This document shows, piece by piece, positions 49,846-63,545 of a stretch of DNA of 64,000 nt. Location of the stretch: contig NC_068992.1 in the NCBI RefSeq assembly GCF_001194135.2, forward strand, positions 23,657,914 to 23,721,913, read 5' to 3'. A program made the position numbers and the translations under genes. Source of the DNA: Octopus bimaculoides (taxonomy: Eukaryota). Below the pieces are notes generated by a model. It saw only the letters and a list, made by a program, of their open reading frames with translations. It did no database searches and had not been told where the DNA came from. How positions within the stretch are numbered: the stretch's first letter is position 1; the number at the start of each line of letters is the position of its first letter.

Positions 49846-50234
49846 CTTTTACTTGTTTCAGTCATTTGACTGCGGCCATGCTGGAGCGCTACCTTTAGTC
49901 GACGAAATCGACCCCACGACTTATTCTTTGTAAGCCTAGTACTTATTCTATCGGTCCCTTTTGCCGAACCGCTATGTTACGGGGATGTAAACACACCAGC
50001 ATCGGTTGTCAAGTGATGTTGTGGAGGGGGGGGGCAAACACACCAACATGTATATACATATACAAATATACGACGGGCTTCTATCAGTTTCCGTCTACCA
50101 AATCCTCACACAAGTCTATGGACGGCCCCGTGCTATACTAGAAGACACTTGCCCAAGGTGCCACGTAGTTGGACTGAACACGGAACCATGAGGTTGGTAA
50201 GCAAGCTACTTATCACACAGCCACTCCTGCGCCT
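49846..50234 (-). mobile_element. tRNA-headed SINE family C, full length
   Basis: Minus-strand head AGGCGCAGGAGTGGCTGTGTGATAAG...GGTTCCGTGTTCAGTCC, then GCACCTTGGGCAAGTGTCTTCT; tail ...CAAATGACTGAAACAAGTAAAAG. Confidence 0.85.
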
Positions 50235-50416
50235 ATAAATGAAATATTCTTTAAAGATATTTCCATAGTTTTCATATGCAAGGGACATTTTCCTGTTTTC
50301 TGTATGTTTCTCTCTCCCTTTTTTTTTTTACTCTTGTGAGTTCTAAGTAGTTGGCAGCAGCTAGTAGTAGCTTCATAGGAATTCGTGTCTTTCATTCGTT
50401 TAAGCAGTAGTGGTAG

Positions 50417-50652
50417 AGAAAGAAGAAGGAGAAGAAGAAGAAGAAGAAGAAGAAGAAGAAGAAGAAGAAGAAGAAGAAGAAGAAGAAGAAGAAGAAGAAG
50501 AAGAAGAAGAAGAAGAAGGAGAAGAAGAAGAAGAAGAAGAAGAAGAAGAAGCAGAAGAAGAAGAAGAAGAAGAAGAAGAAGAAGAAGAAGAAAAAGAAGA
50601 AGAAGAAGAAAAAGAAGAAGAAGAAGAAGAAGAAGAAGAAGAAGAAGAAGAA
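50417..50652. repeat. (GAA)n microsatellite
   Basis: About 78 mostly perfect units; source of the poly-E and poly-R ORFs. Confidence 0.98.
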
Positions 50653-50819
50653 ATGCGGGTGTTGTATGACAGTAGTAGGATGCTGGTGGAATCCTCTTAA
50701 ATAGTCAGGTGGCCTAAAAGTGATCCGTTGTGGTCGTAAAAGTAGTGATTGAAATTGTTCTGAATAAATTCATGTGAAGTGACTGTTCTGAATATATCGT
50801 TTTAATATTTGCGTGGGTA

Positions 50820-51170
50820 TTATTCTAAGGCCCTTTTAATAGTGTCATTTGTGGTGGACGCATTCATAAGGGGATTATATTTTGTGATAAAATATGACTC
50901 TTTGCTAATGCGCTTACTATAGGTTGCATCGTCCCTGAATTTAAAGAGAGGAAAAATTCTGAAGCTGGGTTGTTTGTTATTGGTGAAATGATTGCCATTA
51001 TGCAAATGTGTCGTAAGTCTAAAACGTTGTTTTTCCATAAAACGAATGCATAGTTTCAACATTCCATAGCAAAACATTTGTACCACATTTGACAATTTTT
51101 TATATCGTGGCATCTGAAGCAGCTGCAGATACGATAACTTGATCAAAAGAACTGGGTATTGCAAGCAAAA
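50820..51170 (-). mobile_element. Penelope-like element GIY-YIG endonuclease C-terminal remnant
   Basis: ORF 50820-51206 ends RLTTHLHNGNHF...PSFRIFPLFKFRDDATYSKRISKESYFITKYNPLMN, matching the PLE end pattern R...H....HF....F.I.P......R..KE..FI.K..P.LN. Confidence 0.55.
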
Positions 51171-51258
51171 ATAAATATTGAAGAAAAAAAAATGGCATTT
51201 GGCCAAATTTGGGCATACGACAGTTTAACATAATAGCAACGATATACATAAATACATG

Positions 51259-51315
<57 letters not shown>

Positions 51316-51547
51316 GATAAGCTTACTCGGAAATGGATGCATGGCGTTCAATTATGTAATAATATATAATGTATATATATACGCATATATACATACATGT
51401 ACATACCTAAATATATATGTATATATATATATATATGCATAAATCAGNNNNNNNNNNNNNNNNNNNNNNNNNNNNNNNNNNNNNNNNNNNNNNNNNNNNN
51501 NNNNNNNNNNNNNNNNNNNNNNNNNNNNNNTATATATATATATATAT

Positions 51548-51957
51548 TGTTATGTATACCTATAACATAATGAAGGGTGAGAACTTTCCCTATATTTTCC
51601 GAAGGTGGCGAGATAAACGTTTGTCAACGACCGTTTGGTAGAAGGGAAATAAGGTTGGTATGTATAACCAAATATATATACAGGAAGTTACCATAGTACG
51701 AGACAGGTAACCTCGTCCACTTCCTGTTAACGAGCAAGGCAGGTAATCTCGTACTTCCTGTTAAAAGGGGAGTGGGGTAGACAGCGGGAGCTCGGCGTCA
51801 ATAGAACCAGAATGAGAGACGGAGCTGCATACGGGTCGGACAGTTCACCACCTACCTTGAAACAATTGAGACCGAACATAAACTCCATAAATGAACGTTT
51901 ACTTCACTGTTCGAACACTTTGTTGTTGCGATCAGAAGTTTACCCCTTTTTCTTACA
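51548..51957. mobile_element. Possible solo LTR
   Basis: A GC-richer block of about 410 bp that begins TGTTA and ends TTACA, with an internal direct repeat CAGGTAA.CTCGT(CC)ACTTCCTGTTAA x2. TSD not clean (TATAT/TTATT). Confidence 0.35.
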
Positions 51958-52543
51958 TTATTAATTTGTCTGATCGTAACAATATATATATATATATATA
52001 TANNNNNNNNNNNNNNNNNNNNNNNNNNNNNNNNNNNNNNNNNNNNNNNNNNNNNNNNNNNNNNNNNNNNNNNNNNNNNNNNNNNNNNNNNNNNNNNNNN
52101 NNNNNNNNNNNNNNNNNNNNNNNNNNNNNNNNNNNNNNNNNNNNNNNNNNNNNNNNNNNNNNNNNNNNNNNNNNNNNNNNNNNNNNNNNNNNNNNNNNNN
52201 NNNNNNNNNNNNNNNNNNNNNNNNNNNNNNNNNNNNNNNNNNNNNNNNNNNNNNNNNNNNNNNNNNNNNNNNNNNNNNNNNNNNNNNNNNNNNNNNNNNN
52301 NNNNNNNNNNNNNNNNNNNNNNNNNNNNNNNNNNNNNNNNNNNNNNNNNNNNNNNNNNNNNNNNNNNNNNNNNNNNNNNNNNNNNNNNNNNNNNNNNNNN
52401 NNNNNNNNNNNNNNNNNNNNNNNNNNNNNNNNNNNNNNNNNNNNNNNNNNNNNNNNNNNNNNNNNNNNNNNNNNNNNNNNNNNNNNNNNNNNNNNNNNNN
52501 NNNNNNNNNNNNNNNNNNNNNNNNNNNNNNNNNNNNNNNNNNN

Positions 52544-54260
52544 TTATTTCTACGCCATGTAGATCTCTCAGGTCCTTCAGGAAGATATTGAAAAGCTATG
52601 GACCTTTAAAACCCAGGCTGTTGCAGTACCTTTTCCTATATCTTGATGCCAAAGTTGAAGACTTTGGCACCATGCGGCGGGGCCCTGATCTTGCATAGGC
52701 GGAACCCTCGATGCCAAAGTTTGGGACGAGTCACTCTAGGATCTTCCAGTTATATATTATGGCATATCCTTCCCGCCTATCTTCTAGGGAATAGAGACAA
52801 ATTCTCGAGTCTTTCCCAGTAGCTTATATGCTGCGTGTGGGCTATCTTCTTCGAGTTGCTTCGTTGGACTGCCTGAAGCTCTGAAATTAATTTTACACGG
52901 GTTGGTCACCAAATCCGGGAGCAATAGTCAATGTGGGTTAGGACAAATATCCACCAGAGGACCATCATGGTTTCTTGCTCTCACGTTTCAACAGATCTAA
53001 CAATCCATCCGGTCAACCGCCTGTATTTCATTACCAACTTAACAACAGGCACATGGAAGAATGAATCATTAGTCATGAAAATGCCCAGGTCTCGCACTGA
53101 CTGTGTTTTGGGGATTGCAATCCCTCCAGGTCCAACGTATGTAATTGGTATTGCATTTAGTTTTGTATGCTGATAGCACAAGTCTTGAACCGTTTCAACA
53201 TTAAACTGGATTCTATTCTTCTGAGCCGATTTGTATATTTCATCCAACTCATACTTCAGGTACATAGCATCTTCAGGATTCTGTTTCAACTGTGAGACAT
53301 TTGTATTATCTGCATAACTTGTGGTCATGGCCCTCTGTGTGGCTGAGGGTGTATCTGAGATGGCCATTATGAACAGTAGTGATCCCAAAACAGTGCCTTT
53401 TGTAACACCGCTCACTATTTGCGTGTCATTGGAAGTGGACCCATTGGCTACTACCATCTGACTTCTATCTTTCAGAATGTCATGCAGCAATTCTCCCAAG
53501 TACCCGACTATGCCGAGATCACGGAGTGTGTGACATATCACTCCATGATCGACTTTATCGAAGGCCTTTGCAAAGTCGAGATTTATCACGTCCACATTTG
53601 AGTGGTTGAGCAGCTGTTTCAACACCCAGTCATAGTGTTGTAAGGGATGAGCCAGGCAGCTTCTTCCTGGTCGGAAACCATGTTGGGTGTCAGTCAATAA
53701 GTCATATTCCTCAAGGAAGGTGATTAGTTTTCTTCTGACTATTCGATCCACAACTTTGCTGATGTGCGAGGTCAGAGAGATAGGTCTGTAGTTTTTGGCC
53801 TCGGTTCTGCTATCCCCTTTATGAAAAGGGCATATTTTACCTTCCTTCAGCTTGCTTGGAAATTTACCAGTTGCAAGAAAGCTCTGGAAGTACTACTGCA
53901 GTAGTCTTGCTAGGATTCGCTTAGATGCTTTTAGAAGGATTGCTAGGAATCCAGCAGGGCCAGGAACTGAGTTCGGTTTCATTTCATCTCTAGCCTTTAT
54001 CACATCGTCTTCTTTTACATGGATGCAATCAATCATCACTGCCTTTGTTTTTATATCTGCAGTGGCAAAATGTCAGCTGGATTGATGACTTGCAAGTGTC
54101 CAATGGGAGGCGTGAAAACACTTTTGGATTGCTCATTTAGTATTTCTATTATCCTCACTGGGTTTCCAGTGAGCGACCCATTTTTTCGAGGTGTGACCAT
54201 ACCCTGCAGTGCACTGAGGACGTTTCTTTGGCACACTTGTAGAAGGCTCTGGAGTTAGAT
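52544..54260 (-). pseudogene. CR1-group LINE ORF2 (reverse transcriptase), 5'-truncated and disabled
   Basis: ORF 52981-53751 contains QHGFRPGRSC, LDFAKAFDKVDH, SGVTKGTVLGSLLF, YADN (YADD mutated) and VRDLGI. Upstream is NYRPISLTSHISKV; downstream are IDYCSRIW and YWERLENLSLYSLEDRRERY. Confidence 0.93.
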
Positions 54261-54465
54261 TTTATATAGTCAATTGCCCAGGATACTATGCTCTTTCATT
54301 TTCCTGATAGAGTTGCAGGTCTTTATCAATCTCCAGCGGTTGTATTTTCATGCTGGATGTCTTACTGCTTTCAAAGTGTTTGTTTAAGCGATTTGAACTT
54401 TTTGTACGCCGCTTATAGATACATATACATATATATATATATACATACACACAAACACACACACA

Positions 54466-54534
<69 letters not shown>

Positions 54535-55159
54535 ACACACACACATATATATATATTATGTGGGTGTGGATGGCGTTGTATGCGTGTGTATGTGTATATA
54601 GCTATACAATACATACGTGCGTGCCTTAGTGTTCGTGCGTACGCATCTAATTGTACATATATTTACACACTGGCACGCATGCGATTATATGAGTGAGGTT
54701 GGCAGCGTTTTTTCTCTAACAAACTCCAGGTCTTGGCCCAACGACGGGGAGTCATGTACGGTAACCAGAATTACTACAATTACGACAAGAATCTCTCTTT
54801 CCACTAAATATCTGAGATCGTTCCAATTCTACTTACATTCCATCTCAGCATAGACTCACTCTACGATTTATAATGCACCAAAAAAAAAAACAGAAATGTG
54901 ACTTTCTGCCAAACTTACATATTTATGCGTTGCTAATGTTTATCTTTTCCGATTGTTTCTTTTTTTTTGTTTTTTGAGTATTTTTTGATTAGGAGGGCTG
55001 TAATTTATGTCTGTATATTTATTTGTAATTAACTATTAACTAAGACACGCTGACCTGTATAAATACGTGCAACATACACACACACGTACGTACTTTTATA
55101 CAAACAACTTGAAAGAAAGACAAATGTAAATGCGTACACACACATTAAGTCTATATATA

Positions 55160-55190
<31 letters not shown>

Positions 55191-55577
55191 NNNNNNNNNN
55201 NNNNNNNNNNNNNNNNNNNNNNNNNNNNNNNNNNNNNNNNNNNNNNNNNNNNNNNNNNNNNNNNNNNNNNNNNNNNNNNNNNNNNNNNNNNNNNNNNNNN
55301 NNNNNNNNNNNNNNNNNNNNNNNNNNNNNNNNNNNNNNNNNNNNNNNNNNNNNNNNNNNNNNNNNNNNNNNNNNNNNNNNNNNNNNNNNNNNNNNNNNNN
55401 NNNNNNNNNNNNNNNNNNNNNNNNNNNNNNNNNNNNNNNNNNNNNNNNNNNNNNNNNNNNNNNNNNNTATATATCCAAATATAATATGCATGTTATATCC
55501 ATATAATATGCAGAGTTGTCTATATGCGTGTCATATCTATATAACTCTATATGCATGTTATATCTATATAACTGTCA

Positions 55578-55614
<37 letters not shown>

Positions 55615-55774
55615 AGACTGGGAGAGAGGCAGGGAGACAGGGAGAGAGAGAGAGCGAAAGAGAGAGTGGCGCAAACCTACACATATGTGCATATACGAAT
55701 GCTTAATCTAAATATTTTATTTATGGATGAAGTTGTTCAAGAACTATTTTATTCTGGAAAAATTAACAATAGAA

Positions 55775-56590
55775 ATGTTTTGATTAGTCAAAGTATGAGC
55801 CGTGGACATCTATGCATCTTTCCCATCGATCAACGAGATTATTTATGCTAATAAATTTTTGAGAGCTGGTTTAAATGCTTAAAAGTGGTAGTCAGTGGCT
55901 GAAAGATAAGGAGAATATGGACGATACTGTAAAGTCTCTTATCCCAAGTCTGTGAGTTTCTACAGCATGATTTTTGCAACATGTTGCTTTGCATTATCGT
56001 GGGCCACACCGATTCAACAATACAGGTCTCCTTTTTTGCAAGTGAGCATGTATTTCAGCGAGTTCATTGAAGTAAACCTCTGTTGTAATGCTCTGATTGG
56101 CTTCCAGGAAGCTGTAATGGACAACACCAATTACAGGCCACCAGGCAGTCATCATAATATTTTGCTGATGCAACCTTGGCTTTGGGAAATATTTGGGGGA
56201 GTCACCACGAACAGGCCATTGACCTGATCGTTTATGGTTATCATAAAGGGTCCACTTTTCGTCACAAGTGACTATTCGGTTGAGAAAAGGGTCATCGGTG
56301 CTTCGCAGCAAGAGCATCAAGCACACTTCAAAACGCCTAACTATTTGACTTTCCTTGAGCTCATACAATACCCATTTATCAGGCTTTTCCACCTTATCAA
56401 TAATCTGCAGATTGCATGAGACTTTTGGAATACCAACACCAAGTGCCCGAGACATTTCTCTGACATTTTGACGCGCATTTTGTTCAATACTTGCTTTCAA
56501 TCGTTCATTGTCATGACTGCAACACCAACCTCTGCCTACTTCATCTTCAAGGTTCTCATCACCACTACGAAATTTCTGAAACCATTTTTG
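55775..56590 (-). pseudogene. Mariner (DD34D-type) transposase remnant
   Basis: WFQKFRSGDENLED, then ORF 55994-56500 with RIVTCDEKWTLYDN and FPKPRLHQ, then a frameshift to DNAKQHVA and PYSPYLSATDYHF, and terminal DRWERCIDVHGSYFD*. The N-terminus is missing and TIRs were not identified. Confidence 0.92.
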
Positions 56591-57615
56591 TACATATATA
56601 TATATATGATATATATATGCCCCTCACATGTAAGTGTGTGTGCATTATTGTTCCATTACGCTAATGTATGTCTGGTCTGTATATGGTACCATGAATAGGC
56701 GACTAGAAAGTTTTGTTTTAATCATGTTGGTACAACAGTACCTGATATGGCATGTAGAAACGCACAAGCGCGTAGCTTCCCCGACTACACTGACCACAAG
56801 TAAAAGCGTTCACCACCATTTTCTCCTGGTGTTCTTCTTTGTTCTGATTTGTTTATATTCATCACCGATCATTAGCCTCACCTCTTGTCATGTAAAACAC
56901 TTGTGTAGCTCCATTCACCAGCGGCAAGTGAGAAAGCACATCGTTGTATACATATACACTCATACACACATATAGAAAATGTGACGCCATCGTCTTCATC
57001 GTATAAAATGTTTACGATAGTTCACCTATGATACAGAATATAACGTTAAATTTTTGAACTGCAAATATGAGAATCGAAATTAAGTTTAGCTTGTAGCCGA
57101 AATAGTGCTGAATCTTTTCATACCCCATACGTCAAAGTCGATAGCTCGGTTATAGAATGCATAAGGAATATATATACATATATATATATNNNNNNNNNNN
57201 NNNNNNNNNNNNNNNNNNNNNNNNNNNNNNNNNNNNNNNNNNNNNNNNNNNNNNNNNNNNNNNNNNNNNNNNNNNNNNNNNNNNNNNNNNNNNNNNNNNN
57301 NNNNNNNNNNNNNNNNNNNNNNNNNNNNNNNNNNNNNNNNNNNNNNNNNNNNNNNNNNNNNNNNNNNNNNNNNNNNNNNNNNNNNNNNNNNNNNNNNNNN
57401 NNNNNNNNNNNNNNNNNNNNNNNNNNNNNNNNNNNNNNNNNNNNNNNNNNNNNNNNNNNNNNNNNNNNNNNNNNNNNNNNNNNNNNNNNNNNNNNNNNNN
57501 NNNNNNNNNNNNNNNNNNNNNNNNNNNNNNNNNNNNNNNNNNNNNNNNNNNNNNNNNNNNNNNNNNNNNNNNNNNNNNNNNNNNNNNNNNNNNNNNNNNN
57601 NNNNNNNNNNNNNNN

Positions 57616-57647
<32 letters not shown>

Positions 57648-58289
57648 ATATATATATACACATATGTCTTTGTATATGTAAGTTTCTATGTATATTGATA
57701 CATATTGAGAGAAGTATTAATTAAATAAGATTTCGGTAAATAACTTCATAATATACATAGTTCGCTCACAGTTATTGGTTGCCTGATGCTCTCATACAGT
57801 GGAAATGCTCTTACTGCTTAATATATATCAGGAATTCTATTGCATCTGTAGAATTTATATAAATAGTTAAATAACACACAATGGAATGTACGATATTATT
57901 TATCTAAACAATTATTTTCCGAAATAACTGAAGTGATTTTGAATAACGAATGTCGTTTATTCTGTTTCCTATCATTTATCTATTGATATAAGTATATATG
58001 GGTATATATATACAAAATAGAACCATGCATGCATCGAAAGGCATATAGCTGATATAACCCATTATTTCTGTCTACTTGATATATTAGTAATGTATATATA
58101 TATATATATATATATNNNNNNNNNNNNNNNNNNNNNNNNNNNNNNNNNNNNNNNNNNNNNNNNNNNNNNNNNNNNNNNNNNNNNNNNNNNNNNATATATG
58201 TATATGTATGTATGTATGGAAGACCATACGTGCGAGACTCTCCACTCGATATCGCCCACGTTGTACGGAGGATAAGCAAAGGCCGATAC

Positions 58290-58385
58290 AGATTGATACC
58301 TGTGACATCACACCTCATTTCTACAGATGGATAAGCGAGACCAGCGTAAAGTAAAGAGTCTTGCTCAAGAACACAACACCTAGAG
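58290..58385. mobile_element. Degenerate SINE central-domain fragment
   Basis: CCTCATTTCTACAGATGGATAAG...GTAAAGAGTCTTGCTCAAGAACACAACAC resembles the conserved TGTCTTGCCCAAG..CACAAC block of metazoan SINE domains. Confidence 0.35.
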
Positions 58386-58441
58386 TCAATGTTTGACTGC
58401 TATTTCAAGCATGGTGGTATCTCTTACATACACTAAATTAT

Positions 58442-58516
<75 letters not shown>

Positions 58517-59299
58517 GCATAGAGAGAGAGGGGGAGAGAGAGAGAGATAGATTGTATTATACAGAATATTATATTATAGCTCATACGCGAGTTTCAGTAG
58601 GTGGAGATATAATTACAGACACACATGCACACACACACACACACATGCACGCACACAAAACACACGCACACACACGCACATTTACATGGTGACGTGAACA
58701 ACCAGCAAATACATGTGATTTTCGACGATTATTAGAAACAAAATAAAACTCACACAAACTCAGTTATTATCTCTTCATACATAAACAAACACTTACAAGG
58801 TCATACATTAAAATGTCTAATACATAATACCCTGAAGAACGGATGTATAGTATCTGATGATAAGCAACAGGCACATAGGCTTAACGTCATATCGTTCTTT
58901 CTGTTACCTATACATTACATACATATTTCTATTATCATTTTCATAATTATTTAAGCATATAATCGTATTTTCTCGTGTAACACATACATATTCTATAAAC
59001 GTATCTGTTTTTTGTTTTCGCTTTCAGAGAATATTTGTTTTGATTTATTTTCTGTGGATTTAAGAACATGATCGTAATAGGAGATAAAGTGTGTCATATT
59101 TATTGCGCATAAACATATACCTGTATATAGGTTTGTTTGTCTAATACACATGCATTAAAGTGTGCGTTGAGCTGTAGTTATCAGTGTCTGTTAGTTGAAT
59201 CCTTACATAAAACACAAATATCACAGAACATCGTTGATATTTTGCAGAGGAAATTCATATAGTTGAAGACTAACTTGCTTGGCATCTGTTTGTAGGATT

Positions 59300-59850
59300 G
59301 TTTCTCATTTTACTTTTCTTTTTCGGGCATATATTTGGAATGACCGTAAGAAGTGGATGTTTTTACGACCTTTCTGTTGGGTGTCAGGTCCAGGAAGCTT
59401 CGTAAAATTTGAAGTTGCTGAACACGATAAATTCAAATGGCGACGAAATGATGTTAATGTCCACAAGGAAGAACAATTTATTGATAACGAACTGCATGTG
59501 ACTAAGGTTTACAGAGCGATAGATACATATGTAGGAAAGATATTTTGTGGTAAGCAATGAAGGTTTTCTTCATGCTAATATTGAAGGAAGGGAAATGGAA
59601 TACGTAGAGAATGTAACCTAGTTGAGCATAAACGCCACTTCGTGGACTTAAATTTGAATACAGCTTATAGCCTGGAATGCAAATTTGAGATTTCTGTCTT
59701 CGAGATAAATAGGGTGTGGTGTTTGCAAGGTAATAAGAGGCAGGGTGTTGTGTTCTAGTTTTGGTAGGAATCAGTGGATGATTAATAATACTATTAATAA
59801 TACGCCGGTTTGTATCCTTACGAGAAAAATCTTCTTTAAATATACGCATG
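59300..59850 (-). mobile_element. Decayed LINE apurinic-like endonuclease (EEP) fragment
   Basis: Minus-strand SQICIPGYKLYSN..PRSGVY, then in another frame YICIYRSVN and FIVFSNFKFYEASW; cf. I.IPGY.L.R.DR..GGGV, ..IYRPPN, I..GDFN.P.I.W. Confidence 0.45.
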
Positions 59851-61597
59851 AGAAAGCAGATTGTGGTGTGCTTACCATTGTGACCATCTAACCCGAAAAT
59901 GGTAGTGGGATATTACGCATCACTTATAACAGGACTGCGTTAACAATCTCGGCCTGTATTTATGTTGGGCATGAGTACAGATCCGGTTCATATATGCTTC
60001 TTTAAATATACGTTGTTTGTCATCCTTTCTGGTCCCACCGTTCAATTGCTATTTATTCTATCGACAATGGAATGAAGAAAATCAAAACTATATGAGGATT
60101 TGAAATATAAGTTACAATATACAGTAAAGAATTTTGTTCAAATCTAAAGATTCTCCTTAATTAAACAAGTTCTTTTTTACATTAGCTTGTCCGTCGCAAC
60201 GAACCGGAAAGAGGAGAGTAAATTTCTTATGCATACACTGTGTGATAATTGTGCCATAAACCGGGATAACAGTTGAGAATGAGAACTTACAAAGAAAATA
60301 TCTTTTATTCCATTTTTACCTATTTTATCAGCACTTTCGAAAACTTGGAAAAGTTTCAAGACAAAGTTGATGTGCACCATGCATATTATCACTGGAGGCA
60401 TGCCCAGATTTCTTATCACCGTCAAACATGTGGTTCATTTAAGAATAGGTTTGTAACTGGAGATGTAATTGTCACTCGGTGACACCAACTGTGTGGAATG
60501 TAAAACCATAATTGGTTCAAAATCACTCAAACTACGCATGCGATTTTAAGATGGATTTCAACTCCCCAGTAAATAAATATGACAAAACTATCATAACCAA
60601 CAGCGAAATAATAATTCTTTATGATTTTGGTAGCAGGGAAGGGAAATTTTCTGGAAGGGTTTAGTCGTTAAAATCAATCCCAGTAATTGAGATCTATGTT
60701 TTTTTTTTATCGATCCTGAAGAGATAAAATGTAAATTTGACTTTTGTTTCATGTGACGCCAAACGTAAAGCGTTAAAACAATATCGCAATGCCATAGCAG
60801 TTTTGCCAGGTCACCGCCTTTTCCAGATTAATAATTATTATTGTTCGAAATTTAGACACAAATACATGCCAATTCAACATCCTAATTACATATGGCGTAG
60901 GCACTAAGCCAGGAATCAAGTGGAAAGCTTTAGTCGATAGCATCAACACTAAGTACTTAAGTAGTACTTCATATTCGAATGCATACATGAAATGCCACGC
61001 TGACCTTGGAAGATTTGGAACTGAGTAAAATGCCAGGAGAAATACATTAAGACCTTTTTCATACGTTTTATTTGCTCATCCATCGCCTTATAATACTAAT
61101 ACTACGAATGATAAGGATTTTAAATTTTGGCACAAGGCCGATTATTACAAGAGAAGGGGTAAATCAATCTCATCAACCCCTGTGCACAGCTCTGAATTTA
61201 CACAATTTTTAAACGTCGTGTAACGGAATATCGTGACAGGCAATACAAATATGACTTTAGTTGTCGTTATAGAATTTAATGTCCAAACGTTTGTTCATCT
61301 TTCTTCTATTGATGTATTCAGATGGATAATTGTATCGACAGCTAGAAGATAGATATTACAATAATGCTACTGTTACTGTAGCCTGTGTCTCCGCACTGTC
61401 TTATCGTCACACACAGATTGCTCATGCGAGTAAGACAAAGCGGGGGGTCGTTGAAATGGCTTGTTTCTAAGTGATTGTAGTTGTTGTCGTTGTTATTTCT
61501 ACTGGTTTTGCTCTTCCTTTGAGAATAGACAACCCTGAGGTGTTAAACCGTATGCATAATTTTGCTGCTACTTTATTTTTAATATTCTTTTCTACTC

Positions 61598-62042
61598 TAG
61601 ACATAAGGCCCAAAAATTTTAGGGAAAGGGCCAGTCGATTAGATCGACCCCAATGCGCAACTGGTACTTAATTTATGGACCACGAAAAGGTGAAAGGCAA
61701 AGTCGACTTCGGCGGAATTTGAACTGAAAACGTAAAGACAGACGAAATACCAGTAAGCATTTTGTCCGGCGTGTTAACATTTCTGCCAGCTCGCCGCTTT
61801 CTTTATTTTAAATATTTATTTCTTTATTGCCCTCAGGGAGCTAATCCTAGAGGGGACAAAGACAGACAAAGGGATAAAGTCGATTACATCGACCCCAGTG
61901 CGTAACTAGTACTTATTTAATCGACCCCAAAAGGATAAAAGGCAAAGTCGACCTCGGTGGAATTTGAACACAGAACGTAACGGCAGACGAAATAAGGCTA
62001 AGCATTTCACCTGGCGTGCTAACGATTGTGCCAGCTCGCTGC
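61598..62042 (-). mobile_element. Two tandem SINE family B copies (about 61598-61800 and 61808-62042)
   Basis: Both end in CTGCCAGCTCGC/GTGCCAGCTCGC heads and share the family B body; the tails differ. Confidence 0.85.
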
Positions 62043-62157
62043 TATCTTCATTTTAAATAGTATGAAATACAAAGTGCTCCTCGGTCTGGTTCAATCTCTA
62101 AAAATAAAAACCAGAACACATAATAATAAAGATGATGACGATGACGACGACGACGAC

Positions 62158-62190
<33 letters not shown>

Positions 62191-62419
62191 AGTGAGGCAT
62201 TCATTATCTCTCCTCCGCCTTTCGGGAAATGTGTTACTGCTTTTGTTTAGAAGTTTTCCAGATATCAATCGATGCCAATAATTATCTTGATCCCTTTAGA
62301 CCAAATTCACCTGGACGGATGCAAAAATCCTCTTGAAGTATAGCAATCTAAAACCTGAAATAAGCGGAAATGACGACATAAAAGCGATCAAAAAGATAAT
62401 GTATAATACTTAACTCAGT

Positions 62420-62870
62420 GGTTCTACTAAAACTATGAACACAGCTGACATATATGTGCCAGAATCTATAACGTTACACGCAGTTTCAATAATTTTCTTG
62501 ATGCCTACTCTCAACAACGTAACACACAGTTCAAATGATTGGCCTATAATGTACTACCATCAAGAGACTTCTACTTCAATAGTTAGCCTGAAACAATATA
62601 CTCACCAAGCACAAGAAATAACGCATCAACTAATAGAGCCTACAAAATAAACGCTACAGTATGACACATATAGCATAGAAGCGTATAACACGACACACAG
62701 ACAAGACAAATAGTTGTCAATGGTGACGTAGCACTGGCAATAACGTAACAAAGAAATGAAATCCCATAGCATTAATATATCTGATGTTATGTGCAATTTC
62801 ACAATAGCATAAGGCAATGATGCATCCACCTTAGAATCATCGACGTGTATGTGCAGATGCAAGGGCAGTA
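62420..62870 (+). mobile_element. Possible highly decayed CR1-type RT fragment
   Basis: Weak motifs SIIFLMPTLNNVTH (cf. VIFLDFSKAFDKVPH) and TRQIVVNG (cf. R.Q.VVVNG). Confidence 0.3.
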
Positions 62871-62916
62871 CGAAACTTACGAAATAAACATAAAAATATC
62901 AATGATGCTGAAGATG

Positions 62917-62925
62917 AATAAGACG

Positions 62926-62978
<53 letters not shown>

Positions 62979-63042
62979 AAGAAGAAGAAGAAGAAGAAGA
63001 AGAAGAAGAAGAAGAAGAAGAAGAAGAAGAAGAAGAAGAAGA
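62917..63042. repeat. (AAT)n(GAA)n microsatellite
   Basis: Read directly from the sequence. Confidence 0.97.
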
Positions 63043-63193
63043 ATTGCACTACTGGGCACTGCACACATCCTACGCAAAACACTTTCAATACAGTAACCAT
63101 AAGAGCATCACAACAAACCACAGCACATACCCAAGGAACACAGAGCTACGCTCGGTAGTGAAGTGAAAGCACGCTATAAAAATAAAAGTACTG
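63043..63193 (+). mobile_element. Dong/R4 LINE 3' end (last codons plus 3' UTR) embedded in microsatellite
   Basis: IALLGTAHILRKTLSIQ* (stop at 63094-63096) is the REL-endonuclease C-terminus; the 3' UTR ends in ...AAAAGTACTG and runs into (ATG)n(AAT)n. Confidence 0.85.
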
Positions 63194-63333
<140 letters not shown>

Positions 63334-63354
63334 TGACCACAATAATAGTAAGAC

Positions 63355-63545
63355 GGCGAGCTGGGAGAAACGTTAGCACGCCGATCGTAATGCTTAGAGT
63401 AATTTTGTCTGTTTTTAGGTTCTCAGTTCAAATTCCGCCGAGGTTGACTTTGCCCTTTCTCCTTTCTGGGTTGATAAATTAAATACCAGCAGCCCCTTCC
63501 TCAAAACATTTCGGGTATCATTCCTAGAGTAGAAGACAAGTAATA
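63355..63545 (+). mobile_element. SINE family B
   Basis: GGCGAGCTGGGAGAAACGTTAGCACGCC...TTCTCAGTTCAAATTCCGCCGAGGTTGACTTTGCC. Confidence 0.85.

Noticed and set aside
50410-50700. 96-aa poly-Glu ORF (and poly-Arg frame)
   Set aside because: Pure (GAA)n microsatellite with no flanking coding signal.
58832-58860. Hammerhead-like CTGAAGA-A-CGGAT/ATCTG hairpin
   Set aside because: No GAAA or stem III follows (it reads ATGA), so the core is incomplete.
59279-59560. 93-aa plus-strand ORF ending at a TGTG|GTAAGC donor, which looks like an exon
   Set aside because: The opposite strand shows ordered LINE endonuclease motifs that explain the composition, and no protein family is recognised. Not fully excluded without RNA-seq.
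61456-61551. Signal-peptide-like MACF*VIVVVVVVISTGFALPLRIDNPEVLN
   Set aside because: There is an in-frame TAA after four codons, and the hydrophobic run comes from a (GTT)n-like repeat.
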